Shown: positions 21,823-31,644 of the stretch, in pieces
How positions within the stretch are numbered: the stretch's first letter is position 1
Layout of the letters: every line of letters starts with the position of its first letter
Source of the DNA: Candidatus Poribacteria bacterium
Lineage (GTDB): Bacteria > Poribacteria > WGA-4E > WGA-3G
Length of the DNA stretch: 64,000 nucleotides
Assembly: GCA_965205025.1 (NCBI GenBank)
Contig: CBDBFU010000012.1
Location: 224,001-288,000 of the forward strand
Direction of reading: 5' to 3'
Made by a program: the position numbers and the translations under genes
Notes under the pieces: generated by a model
What the model saw: the letters and a program-made list of their open reading frames with translations, nothing else
Database searches by the model: none
Told to the model about the DNA's origin: nothing

Positions 21823-22761
21823 ATGTCGTTAGAGTTACCGCAACTATTGGATGCTCTAAATTCTGTAACAACCATTCCCATTATCCCATTTAATGATGGT
21901 AAGATAGATTATGCTGGTCATTCAAAGAATATTGACTATTTAATGACAAATAACTATCTGGATGAAGACCGGAAACGGGTCATTGCAATTGCAGGCACAA
22001 GTTTAATACATCATATATCTGAAACGAATCAGTTGAGATTAATTGAGAGAACGGGAGCACTGATGGGGAATGATGGTGTATTGATGTCCGGTATTGTTCC
22101 AAACCCTATTAAACAAGCAGGACAACTCATTGAAGCGCAATCTGAACTAAATAGACCACCAGATGTCTATTTATTGATGCCGTTAACAGGGGTTTCTAAT
22201 CCAGATGGTATATATGAAGAGTATATGCAATTTGCTGAAAATTTTGGAACTAAATGTAATGCAAGATTTATCTACTATTTCCGACAAAAACGGGATTTAG
22301 AAGTTGTTATACGTTTGTTGAATGATTCACCACATTTTATTGGCGTAAAAATCGGTACAGATATGGATGATGTACAACCGATTGTTGAAGGTGTTGGGAA
22401 TAACGGGATTGTCATGTGGGGTATAGGGGATAGATGTACACAACCTGCTCAATTAGGTACGAAAGGTCATACATCAGGTATCGCAGTTGCTTATGCACGT
22501 GCTTCAGATGAGATCAATAATGCACAACGGAAGAGCGATTACGATACATCTGCGCGTATTGAAGCAGATATTAGTTCACTTGAAGAAATTCGGTTCATGA
22601 ATGAACGGATATACAATTATTCAGCTGTCGTTGAGACTATGATTTTAGGTGGTTTTGAAGATATTGAGGCTGGAACAGGGGGACCTTTTAACCCACGTGT
22701 ACCACCTGAAATTAGAAAAAAACTTAAAACAATTACACAGGATTTAAAACGATATCATTAG
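21823..22761 (+). CDS. Dihydrodipicolinate synthase (class I aldolase)-like protein
   Basis: TIPIIPFNDGKIDY start, IYY and GVK (Schiff-base Lys) in the expected positions; the canonical GxTGE motif is absent. Confidence 0.65.
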   Translation: MSLELPQLLDALNSVTTIPIIPFNDGKIDYAGHSKNIDYLMTNNYLDEDRKRVIAIAGTSLIHHISETNQLRLIERTGALMGNDGVLMSGIVPNPIKQAGQLIEAQSELNRPPDVYLLMPLTGVSNPDGIYEEYMQFAENFGTKCNARFIYYFRQKRDLEVVIRLLNDSPHFIGVKIGTDMDDVQPIVEGVGNNGIVMWGIGDRCTQPAQLGTKGHTSGIAVAYARASDEINNAQRKSDYDTSARIEADISSLEEIRFMNERIYNYSAVVETMILGGFEDIEAGTGGPFNPRVPPEIRKKLKTITQDLKRYH

Positions 22762-22851
22762 TCAATCTCCTCTACGTATGCTACAACTCGAATCCGGGAT
22801 TATTTATCCTGGATAGCGGACTAATTGACTCTGCAGTGAGAATACCACCCA

Positions 22852-24558
22852 ATGTCATTTGATAGCTTAATCCTTAGAAATGTCACACACGAATATCAAC
22901 AAACATTCTTGGGTGGAACAATACGACATATCCAACAAGTTAACCCTACCGATTTTTCATTCAAAATCGCACATGGTACACACACTCATTGGATCATTAT
23001 TTCGGCACATTCTACCCATGCACGGACACATCTGATTCATAAATCCCCTCCAGGTCAAAAGCAATCCTATTTGGCGGATTTTCTATCAACTCATCTAAAA
23101 CATGGTACCATTACCGATATTTCTCAGATTGGCTTGGATCGGATCTTAAGAATTTCAGTTCAACCTGTATCTGATGATCCAATACAACCAAACCCAAAAT
23201 CCCTTTACTTAGAATTTATGGGGAAACATAGTAATATCATCCTAATTGACGATACCGATAAAAGAATCCTTGAATGTTTGAAACATATTGACGAATCTAT
23301 AAGTCGATTCCGTGAAGTTCTTCCAGGAGAAAACTATACTTTACCACCTCAACAGGACAAATTAGATCCTTTTTCCATTGATGAAGCACAGTTTTCTCAG
23401 ATTTCTCAAGACACCGATGGAGGTTGGAAATCTCTTTTTAACAATATTGATGGTTTAAGTCCTACTCTTGCAAAAGAAATAATTAAAAGAGCAGAAAATA
23501 CAAAACTATGGGAGGCATTCAAGCAAGTTATCAAATATTTTCACATAGAACATAGTGTGCCTCAAGTAATTATAGATGGTGAAAAACCTTTAGTCGCTTC
23601 ATCCCTACCCTTACATCAATTTTCAGATACTGAATCATTACCATTTAATACAATGAGTGAAGCACTCACAACATATTATAATAGAGTATCTGAAAACGAA
23701 AAAAGAATAGCTGATAAGAACAAACTTTTACAAGCCTTAAAAAAGCAAGAAAGTTTACTAAAACGAAAAGAGAAAGGATTAACACAGGATTTAGCGAGAG
23801 CAGAGAATGCAGATAATTATCGGATACAAGGGGAGTTAATATTAGCAAATATTAATAAAATTACACGCGGACAGAAAAGTGCAGAATTGCAGAATTATTA
23901 TAGTCCAGATCTTGAAACCCTTATGATTTCTCTTGATCCTGAATTAACTCCATCTGATAATGCACAGAGATATTTCAAAAAATATACGAAAGCGAAACGT
24001 GGTTATTCTGAGATTCAACAGAGACTCGCTGACCTCGAAGCAGAACATGAAGTATTAAATTCAAATGAATCTAAAGTTGCTTCAGCAGAAACACTTCAAG
24101 AACTGGATAAGATTCTAAATGAATTTATTCAGATTGGTTATATCAAAACCCAAAAACATGGCAAACAACAAGATACAGGAGAAGGACCATTTCGACGATA
24201 TACATCATCTAACGGTTTCCAAATTTATGTTGGACGTAATAGTCAATCAAACGATCTGTTGCTACGTCAGATTGCTAAACCTCGTGATATGTGGCTTCAT
24301 GCAAAGCAGATTCACGGTTCGCATGTAATTATCCGTAATCCTGAAAACCGTCCTGATATTCCAATGCCAACTTTACTCCAAGCCGCACAACTTGCAGCCT
24401 TTTATAGTAAGGCACATCATTCCAGTTATGTCCCAGTTGACTACACCTGGGCGCGCTATGTCGTGAAACGTAAGGGAAATGTAGCAGGTTTTGTACATTA
24501 CACTCAGGAAAAAACTCTATATGTTGAACCTGCTGTCCCTTCCTTAGTGAAAGACTGA
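22852..24558 (+). CDS. rqcH: NFACT family ribosome quality-control protein (RqcH/FbpA-like)
   Basis: MSFD start, LDRIL, EFMGKHSNIIL, NAQRYFKKYTKAKR, IYVGRNSQSND, WLHAKQIHGSHVII, AAQLAAFYSKA, VPVDYT. Confidence 0.9.
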   Translation: MSFDSLILRNVTHEYQQTFLGGTIRHIQQVNPTDFSFKIAHGTHTHWIIISAHSTHARTHLIHKSPPGQKQSYLADFLSTHLKHGTITDISQIGLDRILRISVQPVSDDPIQPNPKSLYLEFMGKHSNIILIDDTDKRILECLKHIDESISRFREVLPGENYTLPPQQDKLDPFSIDEAQFSQISQDTDGGWKSLFNNIDGLSPTLAKEIIKRAENTKLWEAFKQVIKYFHIEHSVPQVIIDGEKPLVASSLPLHQFSDTESLPFNTMSEALTTYYNRVSENEKRIADKNKLLQALKKQESLLKRKEKGLTQDLARAENADNYRIQGELILANINKITRGQKSAELQNYYSPDLETLMISLDPELTPSDNAQRYFKKYTKAKRGYSEIQQRLADLEAEHEVLNSNESKVASAETLQELDKILNEFIQIGYIKTQKHGKQQDTGEGPFRRYTSSNGFQIYVGRNSQSNDLLLRQIAKPRDMWLHAKQIHGSHVIIRNPENRPDIPMPTLLQAAQLAAFYSKAHHSSYVPVDYTWARYVVKRKGNVAGFVHYTQEKTLYVEPAVPSLVKD

Positions 24559-24610
24559 TATTTCTTCTTCAACCAATCTTGGTTAACCTTCCTCCATTGC
24601 CAAGAATTTG

Positions 24611-24639
24611 TTGACACAATACCTGCATATAATTATACT
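24611..24639 (+). promoter_or_regulatory. Putative sigma70 promoter
   Basis: TTGACA-17 nt-TATACT, then AGGAGG RBS and ATG 24668. Confidence 0.55.
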
Positions 24640-24667
24640 TACTCTCAATAAAAGGAGGAATAGTACA

Positions 24668-25387
24668 ATGTTACAGAAGCTAATACTGGTATTGCTTGTA
24701 ATTTGTTGTATAATATCTTTTTCTGTAGAACAAACAATCGCCTTAGAAGAATGGGTGCCAATTGATATAGAACCCTATTCAAATACGAAATTAAAAGGTC
24801 ATCAATGGTGGACATTGAATGCTGGTGACAGCACGTACTCTCGTCTTCCTATTGGTGAAGTAGCAGATTTTGAAGGTCCTGAGAAAGAGGTTAAATTTCA
24901 GATAATTGATGGAGCAATTGTCCTTTTCGGTACAAATGCTGCTCGATGGCCGAAATCTGTTGACGATATTACTATCGGTGGAAAAGCAAAATCAATATAT
25001 TTTCTGCATGCAACGGGTTGGAGCGCAGCGGGTGTACCAAGTTATAAGTTTGTAATGAATTATAATGGTGGAAAGCAAGAAGTCCTTGAAATGATTACCA
25101 ATGTCAACTCACATGATTGGTGTCATGAAACAAAAGTATTTGAAGATAAAAACTCCGTTTGGGGGTGGACATTAAATGAAGGACCTCCGTGTGGACACGC
25201 AGGGGCAATCACGACGAAATGGGATAATCCTCATCCTACCTCCGAAATTATATCTATTGATGCAGTTTCCTTAGAATTAGGTGCTGTACCCATAATTCTT
25301 GCAATTTCATTAGGTGATGGGTCATTGGATGTATACCCAACAGAAAAAATGACACTTACATGGGGAAGTCTCAAAAAGTCATTCTGA
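24668..25387 (+). CDS. Secreted hypothetical protein with C-terminal LTWGSLK motif
   Basis: AGGAGG RBS, signal peptide, IYFLHATGW, WDNPHP..EI..I; ends KMTLTWGSLKKSF. ORF track starts at 24608. Confidence 0.75.
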   Translation: MLQKLILVLLVICCIISFSVEQTIALEEWVPIDIEPYSNTKLKGHQWWTLNAGDSTYSRLPIGEVADFEGPEKEVKFQIIDGAIVLFGTNAARWPKSVDDITIGGKAKSIYFLHATGWSAAGVPSYKFVMNYNGGKQEVLEMITNVNSHDWCHETKVFEDKNSVWGWTLNEGPPCGHAGAITTKWDNPHPTSEIISIDAVSLELGAVPIILAISLGDGSLDVYPTEKMTLTWGSLKKSF

Positions 25388-25427
25388 GATTAAGAATATC
25401 ACGAGTCTAATGCTTAAATTGATGCCT

Positions 25428-25453
25428 ATAGGGCGGGGAAACCCCGCCCTACG
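25428..25453. repeat. REP-like hairpin between convergent genes
   Basis: tagggcgggg-aaa-ccccgccctacg (GTAG-type REP on the minus strand). Confidence 0.65.
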
Positions 25454-25520
25454 ATAATTTATGAACTTGATTACCGAACTATTTAAACTTCATCTGGCTC
25501 ATCAAATTACCTTCCAATAT

Positions 25521-26408
25521 TTAACCCTTTGGTAAGAATTGACGAAGATGGTTTCCACCGATCGCAAAACCTTCCAATCCAGGGGCACCACGATCCTCAT
25601 TTTCAACACACAACACATAATCATATCCAGATTCAAGCAATGCCCCAATAATTGTTCCCCAATTCAACTGTCCTCTACCGGGAACACGATACTGCCACCA
25701 CCAATTTCCAATTATTCCCTGACGGAATAACATGCGTGGACTAATCTCACAATCTTTGACATCCGCATAATACCATTTACCATCAAACATTCGAATTGCA
25801 TCCTCTGCAGGTAATATTCCCATCCACAACCAATGGGATGGATCGCAAGATAGACCCAAGGCTTCTGATGGTACAGACTGAAGAATACGTTCCCACATCT
25901 CAGGATTACAAGCGATATTCCCCATACGCACTGCACAATCCAAAGCGAGTTTCACACCTTTGTCCTCAGCGTATTCAACCACAGGTGTCCACATTTCCTT
26001 AAAACGTCCTACCAATTCTACAGAACGATCACCAGGATTGCCTGGATCCGATGAAAATTGTCCATAAAAGTGCCAACTCACAGGACTACCAGCATATGTT
26101 ACAACCACAGGTGTATCAAGAATATGTGCAGCCTCAACTGCTTGTATTAGGTTATCACGCGCAGTATTACGTGTTTCTAAGTCATCATCCAGAAGATTAC
26201 AATGTGCTGTTAATGCAGCAACATAAATACTTACTTCAGACAATAAATCCTTGACTTCTTCACCTTCAGATTCTATAATCTTGTTCGGTTCAAATAAGCC
26301 ATTTACATTCGGTCTGATTGCATCAAAGTTGTTAGCTATTGACCATTCTGCACATTCCTGAAGACTCCATGCACCACCACCGACACTCGTGCTAAAACAA
26401 ATATCCAT
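25521..26408 (-). CDS. Sugar phosphate isomerase/epimerase (xylose isomerase-like TIM barrel)
   Basis: AVEAAHILDTPVV, LGLSCDPSHWLW, DVKD, YRVPGRGQLNW, VENED. Confidence 0.82.
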   Translation of the reverse strand: MDICFSTSVGGGAWSLQECAEWSIANNFDAIRPNVNGLFEPNKIIESEGEEVKDLLSEVSIYVAALTAHCNLLDDDLETRNTARDNLIQAVEAAHILDTPVVVTYAGSPVSWHFYGQFSSDPGNPGDRSVELVGRFKEMWTPVVEYAEDKGVKLALDCAVRMGNIACNPEMWERILQSVPSEALGLSCDPSHWLWMGILPAEDAIRMFDGKWYYADVKDCEISPRMLFRQGIIGNWWWQYRVPGRGQLNWGTIIGALLESGYDYVLCVENEDRGAPGLEGFAIGGNHLRQFLPKG

Positions 26409-26451
26409 ATTATAACCCCAATGAGAGAAATCAAATCATAGTATAACAGTT

Positions 26452-27126
26452 ATGCAAATTATTTGTGAAGGTAATATAAAGACTCAACTACTTGACCTAT
26501 ATCAACAACTACAATCAGAACACGGAAAATTAAGATGGTGGCCAGCAGATACTCCTTTTGAAGTGGCTCTTGGGGCAATTCTTACGCAAGCAACTGCATG
26601 GCGAAATGTCGAGAAGGCACTGGATAATCTAAAAGCTGCCGATAAGTTTACACCCGAAAAAATCAATAAACTCAATCAAGACGAGTTGGAAGAACTTGTA
26701 CGACCTTCTGGTTATTTTCGAGTTAAGGCAAAGAAGGTACGGGCATTTGTTGAACATCTTATTGAACGCCCCATGTCTGCCATGTTCAAGCAGGATGTTC
26801 CTGAGTTAAGAGAAGAATTGCTATCTATCTTCGGTGTAGGTCCGGAAACTGCAGATTCAATTATCTTGTATGCTGCAGAAAAACCAAGTTTTGTTGTTGA
26901 TACTTACACATACAGATTGGTGAGTAGATTAGGATGGGTTGAAGGTAATTTTCACTATGAAAGACTAAGAGCTCTATTTATGGATAACCTTCCGCACGAT
27001 GTTGAACTATTCAACGAATACCATGCACTCGTCGTACGGCATGGTGCACGAGTATGTAAAAAAACTCCTGAGTGCATAGCCTGTTGTCTACAAGAAAATT
27101 GTGATTACTATTCCAATTTAGAATAG
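26452..27126 (+). CDS. Endonuclease III-related HhH-GPD DNA glycosylase
   Basis: WWPADTPFEVALGAILTQ, GVGPETADSIILYA, FVVDTYTYR, HALVV.HG..VCKKTPECIAC...C (4Fe-4S). Confidence 0.88.
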   Translation: MQIICEGNIKTQLLDLYQQLQSEHGKLRWWPADTPFEVALGAILTQATAWRNVEKALDNLKAADKFTPEKINKLNQDELEELVRPSGYFRVKAKKVRAFVEHLIERPMSAMFKQDVPELREELLSIFGVGPETADSIILYAAEKPSFVVDTYTYRLVSRLGWVEGNFHYERLRALFMDNLPHDVELFNEYHALVVRHGARVCKKTPECIACCLQENCDYYSNLE

Positions 27127-27129
27127 AGT

Positions 27130-27244
27130 TATACCATTTCTTATTATTAAAGTCGCTTAAATGTAACATAAACTTCCAGTTTGTGCGGTATTTCAAGACT
27201 TCCATGCCATCGTTCCATAACAACTATTTATGGAAAAGGTATTA
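27130..27244. mobile_element. About 115-bp MITE-like element (ATACCATTTCT ends) containing a GTAG-type hairpin
   Basis: tataccatttct ... gtaacataaacttccagtttgtgcggtatttcaa ... gaaaaggtatta; related copies near 12921-13248, 19640-19717, 31451-31672, 53180-53261 and 53631-53749. Confidence 0.55.
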
Positions 27245-28897
27245 CTTTTCTTCTGTAATGGTAATAAATTGATTAGATTCAACATCTTTCAATGTCTGAA
27301 CATGACCACAAATCCATTCCACTGTCACCAAATCAATCTTCTCAACATTTCCTAAACCAAAATGTAATCTCATATCATTCTGACTGAGATATCCCGAACC
27401 ACTCTTAACCTCCCGAATTTGGGTTAAGTTATCTGTCCTAACAGACACACGTGCTCCAATAGCATCTTTTGCACAATGCATCCCCACAAGTCTTACAGAT
27501 AACCAATTCCGTGAGTTTCCATTCTCATTACGGATAACAGTCGGGGAATCTTTAAGGTTTGCTACAACAATATCCACATCACCATCATTATCAATATCTC
27601 CAAATGCTGTTCCTCTACTTACTTTGTGTGGTAAAGCCAGATCTACCTCTTCAAATGTAACCCCTTCTTTACTCATAAATAGTTGGTTAGGCTGTGTGTA
27701 TGTACCCACAGGATCATAATCTTCAACATTATCATCCAAATGTCCGTTAGCAACAAAGAGATCCAACCAACCATCGTTGTTAAAATCCATGAAATCCACA
27801 CCCCAAGCCAAATACGGTAGACTCTTTGCTCCTATTCCGATTGGAAAACTCACATCCTTAAAATACTTCTCATGCTCATTATGATAGATGTTATTTACCT
27901 GATCCTGAAAATTCGTAATGACAATATCCAGAAATCCGTCATTGTCATAATCACCAAGATTTGCTCCCATTCCGCTATAAGGACGTCCTTCCTCACTTAA
28001 CGCAACACCACTAAATAAGGCATCTTCAGTAAACGTGCCATCTCCATTGTTATAGTAGAGCATATCAGGTGTTGTGTCATTCGCAATAAAAATATCTATA
28101 TCACCATCATTATCCACATCGCCACAAACCACACCCAAACCTTTTCCCGCAGGGGCAGTAATACCTGCTTTTTCGGTTACATCAGTAAACGTTCCGCCAC
28201 CATTGTTACGGTAGAGTATATCTGCTTCGGCATTGAGTGCTTCAGGTGTGCAATACACAGGAATATCTTGATGGGTACACTCAGGATTAGATTCTGTATC
28301 AAATTGAACATAATTGACAACATATAGATCAAGGTATCCATCCGCATCATAATCTATAAAAGCACACCCACTACTGAATTGACTACCACCCACACCTGTC
28401 TGATCGGTTACATCGGTAAATGTACCATCACCATTATTCTTATATAGTATATTCTTACCATAATTTGTTACATACAAATCGACGAATCCATCATTATTGA
28501 AATCACCTACGCAACATCCATTCCCGTATCCGATATCCCCCACAGAGGCGTCATTTGTCACATCGGTATACTTACCATTATCGTTGCGATATAACACATT
28601 CGTCGCACCTTTTTCAGATGCAACCCATGGTAAATCCGAGCCGTTAACCAAGTACAAATCTAAATCTCCATCATTATCATAATCAAATAAAGCCAAACCT
28701 CTACCGAGGGGTTCGATAAAGTACTTCCTACCACTCTCTCCATTGACATCTTGAAAATCAATTCCAAGTTCATCTGTTATCTCACTAAAAACTGGATTAT
28801 CAGATAAAAAAGGCGAGTCCTGAGTCAATGTATTCTTTACTGGAAAAAGTAGAAAAAGAATGGATAGAATCCACATGAAATATACAGTCAGTCTCAT
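27242..28897 (-). CDS. CRTAC1-like protein (FG-GAP repeats plus ASPIC/UnbV domain)
   Basis: Repeated DYDNDGDLDLY motifs; C-terminal IGARV...REV.SGSGYLSQND.RLHFGLG. Confidence 0.9.
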   Translation of the reverse strand: MRLTVYFMWILSILFLLFPVKNTLTQDSPFLSDNPVFSEITDELGIDFQDVNGESGRKYFIEPLGRGLALFDYDNDGDLDLYLVNGSDLPWVASEKGATNVLYRNDNGKYTDVTNDASVGDIGYGNGCCVGDFNNDGFVDLYVTNYGKNILYKNNGDGTFTDVTDQTGVGGSQFSSGCAFIDYDADGYLDLYVVNYVQFDTESNPECTHQDIPVYCTPEALNAEADILYRNNGGGTFTDVTEKAGITAPAGKGLGVVCGDVDNDGDIDIFIANDTTPDMLYYNNGDGTFTEDALFSGVALSEEGRPYSGMGANLGDYDNDGFLDIVITNFQDQVNNIYHNEHEKYFKDVSFPIGIGAKSLPYLAWGVDFMDFNNDGWLDLFVANGHLDDNVEDYDPVGTYTQPNQLFMSKEGVTFEEVDLALPHKVSRGTAFGDIDNDGDVDIVVANLKDSPTVIRNENGNSRNWLSVRLVGMHCAKDAIGARVSVRTDNLTQIREVKSGSGYLSQNDMRLHFGLGNVEKIDLVTVEWICGHVQTLKDVESNQFITITEEK

Positions 28898-28978
28898 AAA
28901 TATGAATCGTTCCTACCGATAATATGACCTTTCGTAGGGGCAGGTTCTCCTTACCCTAATAGTGTCAATTTTAGCATT

Positions 28979-29122
28979 AACGTCAGTTTGACAATAAAAA
29001 AATGTCAGTTCGATAAACAGAATTTTGTCCTGAAGATAGTCTTTGTAGCACAAACTTTCCAGTTTGTGCACTCTGGTGTTAACTAAAAGATCGGGTTACA
29101 GTGTGCTTATCAAACTCACGTT
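28979..29122. mobile_element. MITE with AACGT(C/G)AGTTTGA terminal inverted repeats and 6-bp target duplication
   Basis: agcatt|aacgtcagtttga ... tcaaactcacgtt|agcatt; encloses the REP hairpin gtagcacaaactttccagtttgtgc (29045). A lone end of the same type sits at about 16880. Confidence 0.65.
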
Positions 29123-29376
29123 AGCATTAGGATCTTTGTAGGCATGATTCCGATCCCCGATCCTTTCATTATATTGTACCTGATAAGATCTAAGTATTCT
29201 CCAAAAATATCATTTATGAAATATAGTTTTTTATATCGCATAGTAAACGGATTATGATATAATCAGATAAAATAGTCCTTCATAAATACCAGTCTTTTAA
29301 TCTATAATTCTGGTGAATATATTATAGATGTTCCACTTGTTATTATCCAATTAAGTTTGAAACCAGGAGAGAAATA

Positions 29377-30342
29377 ATGGCAAATTTACGTTTTGGTGTT
29401 GTCGGTTTAGGTATGGGAATGAATCGATCAAGTATTATCCACAGCACAGAGGGTGCTGAACTCGTCGCTGTTGCTGATCTTGATGAAAATCGACGGAAGG
29501 CAGCAGAGGAAAGGTTTGGGTGTGAAAGTCATGACGACGCTTTAGAAATGTTTGATCGAGATGATATTGATGTAGGAATGATTATGACACCAAGTGGTCT
29601 CCACGGCAAGTTCGGGGAAGAAGCAGCACGCCGCGGAAAACATGTCATTACCACAAAACCTATGGATGTGAGCGTCGAAAATTGTAATTCGCTCATCAAA
29701 ACCTGTGAAGAGAATAATGTAAAACTGCTTGTTGACTTTGGCGAACGGTACGGAAATCATAATCGAAGAATTAAAACTGCTTTAGATCAAGGGGCACTCG
29801 GCAGACCTTTACTGTGTGAACTCCGGATGAAATGGAAACGACCTGATAGCTACTATGTCGGTTGGCATGGTACATGGGAATTTGATGGTGGTGGTTCAAT
29901 TATGAACCAAGGGGTACACTATATTGATCTAATGTTGTGGTTTATGGGACCTGTAAAACGGATCATAGGTGCTCATTTTGATGTTTACGACCACGAAAAT
30001 TGCGAAACAGAAGATATGACCTCTGCCATATTAGAATTTGAAAACGGTGCTCTTGGACACGTTTTGACGACGACAACATTTCCTGGAAGTAGTGTTTCAA
30101 TGATTCACATTCATGGCGAGAAAGGCATTGTCGGTCTTGGACCAGAAATGTGGCAGTTCGCTGACGATGAAGAACCTGAAATTGAACTTCCAGCATATCC
30201 TGACAATGTTATTCAGGATGCACTACAAGTTATTAACGATGGCGCGTCCCCAGCAGTTGATGGTTATGAAGGTAGACGATCCGTTGAACTCAACATGGCT
30301 ATATATGAATGTGCCCGAACAGGAAAACCCATTACAATGTAA
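29377..30342 (+). CDS. Gfo/Idh/MocA family oxidoreductase
   Basis: FGVVGLGMG, GKHVITTKP, DGGGSIMNQGVHYID. Confidence 0.9.
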   Translation: MANLRFGVVGLGMGMNRSSIIHSTEGAELVAVADLDENRRKAAEERFGCESHDDALEMFDRDDIDVGMIMTPSGLHGKFGEEAARRGKHVITTKPMDVSVENCNSLIKTCEENNVKLLVDFGERYGNHNRRIKTALDQGALGRPLLCELRMKWKRPDSYYVGWHGTWEFDGGGSIMNQGVHYIDLMLWFMGPVKRIIGAHFDVYDHENCETEDMTSAILEFENGALGHVLTTTTFPGSSVSMIHIHGEKGIVGLGPEMWQFADDEEPEIELPAYPDNVIQDALQVINDGASPAVDGYEGRRSVELNMAIYECARTGKPITM

Positions 30343-30381
30343 AATCTCAAATTATCTTTTATATCCGGTGCGGTTCCCATA

Positions 30382-31401
30382 GAATTCATTCACGAATTCT
30401 ACTTTAATCCCCGCATCGGATATCCATACTCTCAAAATTATTTATACAGAAATAGAAAACAAGCTCAAACAAATACAACACGCACAATAAATTATCCTTT
30501 AATATCCCTTTCTGATTTTTCCAAACTATATTTATTCAAAAAAATAAAATGAAGAAAACAAAAACTTCTAACAACAAATATACATACATCACAACAACCT
30601 AAAGTAAATTAAAAATATATGTCAAAATAAACTGGAGAATAGGATTATCTATGTTAGAATTACAACTAAAAACATCAGAAATCTTAACAATTGAGAATCA
30701 TTCACAAATCATATATATTCGTAGCCTAATAAAACAGGTACAGTGGATTATCAAAGTCAGTTTCACCACATATTTTTTTAGTTTTTCAAATTTTAAAATT
30801 TTACACCTATTAATCAAATCCTTTGTTATCCCAATCCCTAACAGGGTTTACAGCGAATTAAAAAGTCATTTTTTTAAAAGCGACTCAAAAAACTTGAAAA
30901 ACTTGAAAAACTCAAAAAACTTGAAAATAGACCTATTTCAAACAATGCACACTATCATATACATCAGTAAACTACAGTGTATCTCATTACTACGAAGCGT
31001 CTATACAGATAGAATTTTCTTCGTAGTGGCAGGATTTCCCTGTCCATTGGTTCAAAATATTGCAAATGGTAAAACCAATGAATCCTCCAAATCTATGATT
31101 TATGAGATATGTTCTAATGCCTTGTCAAAATCAAAGGATAAGATATTTCACATTCAAACAATTCCAAATCAATGGATCAAAAGAAAAGTAAAAGACACAA
31201 AATTCATCCACAATTTATATTTGGTGCAAATTCTTGTAACCTTAAAAAAGTGGCTCTAAACCCAGTGTACTACTGACGAGAAAGAGGTTTTACCAATGTC
31301 ACACCATGTGACAAAAAGTGTAACTTTTATCAACATATTGGTAATATATAATTAACTATTCGTGAACAACTAAAACAGTAAATTACACAAGAATTACCCT
31401 T
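30382..31401 (+). repeat. About 1-kb AT-rich dispersed element, copy 1 (contains orphan ORF 30651..31259)
   Basis: Collinear blocks shared with 52163..53111, e.g. aaaataaaatgaagaaaaca, atgttagaattac, aaatcctttgttatcccaatccc.aacagggtttacagc, 9-mer array, gcaaattcttgtaaccttaaaaaagtg.ctctaaacccagtgta.tactgacg, gaattaccctt. Confidence 0.85.
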
Positions 31402-31498
31402 GAATAACTAAAAACTAAAAACTATAAACTATAAACTGTTAACTGTTAACTAATACCATTTCTAATTGAAAATGTCTCTTTTTTGTACCACAAACTTT

Positions 31499-31644
31499 AT
31501 GAAGATAAAGAAAATATTTCGGTAATTCTAATTTTCCAAAACCCGGTAGGTGCGGTTTCCTAACCACGGGGAATGCTAAATAGCATTCATACCGTTGATT
31601 TGGATCTTTTTCCAAAATTACCGAATTTAAATATTAATCTTCAT
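31499..31644. mobile_element. MITE (ATGAAG...CTTCAT ends) inserted in the loop of a REP hairpin
   Basis: atgaagataa...ttcggtaatt and aattaccgaa...ttaatcttcat. Flanks cacaaactt and tcagtttgtg reconstitute the hairpin seen intact at 53666. Sister copy at 34664-34780. Confidence 0.6.

Noticed and set aside
30886-30927. 9-mer array and AT-rich element as a CRISPR array or leader
   Set aside because: Repeats are contiguous 9-mers without unique spacers; no cas genes or 23-47 bp repeat-spacer pattern anywhere in the window.
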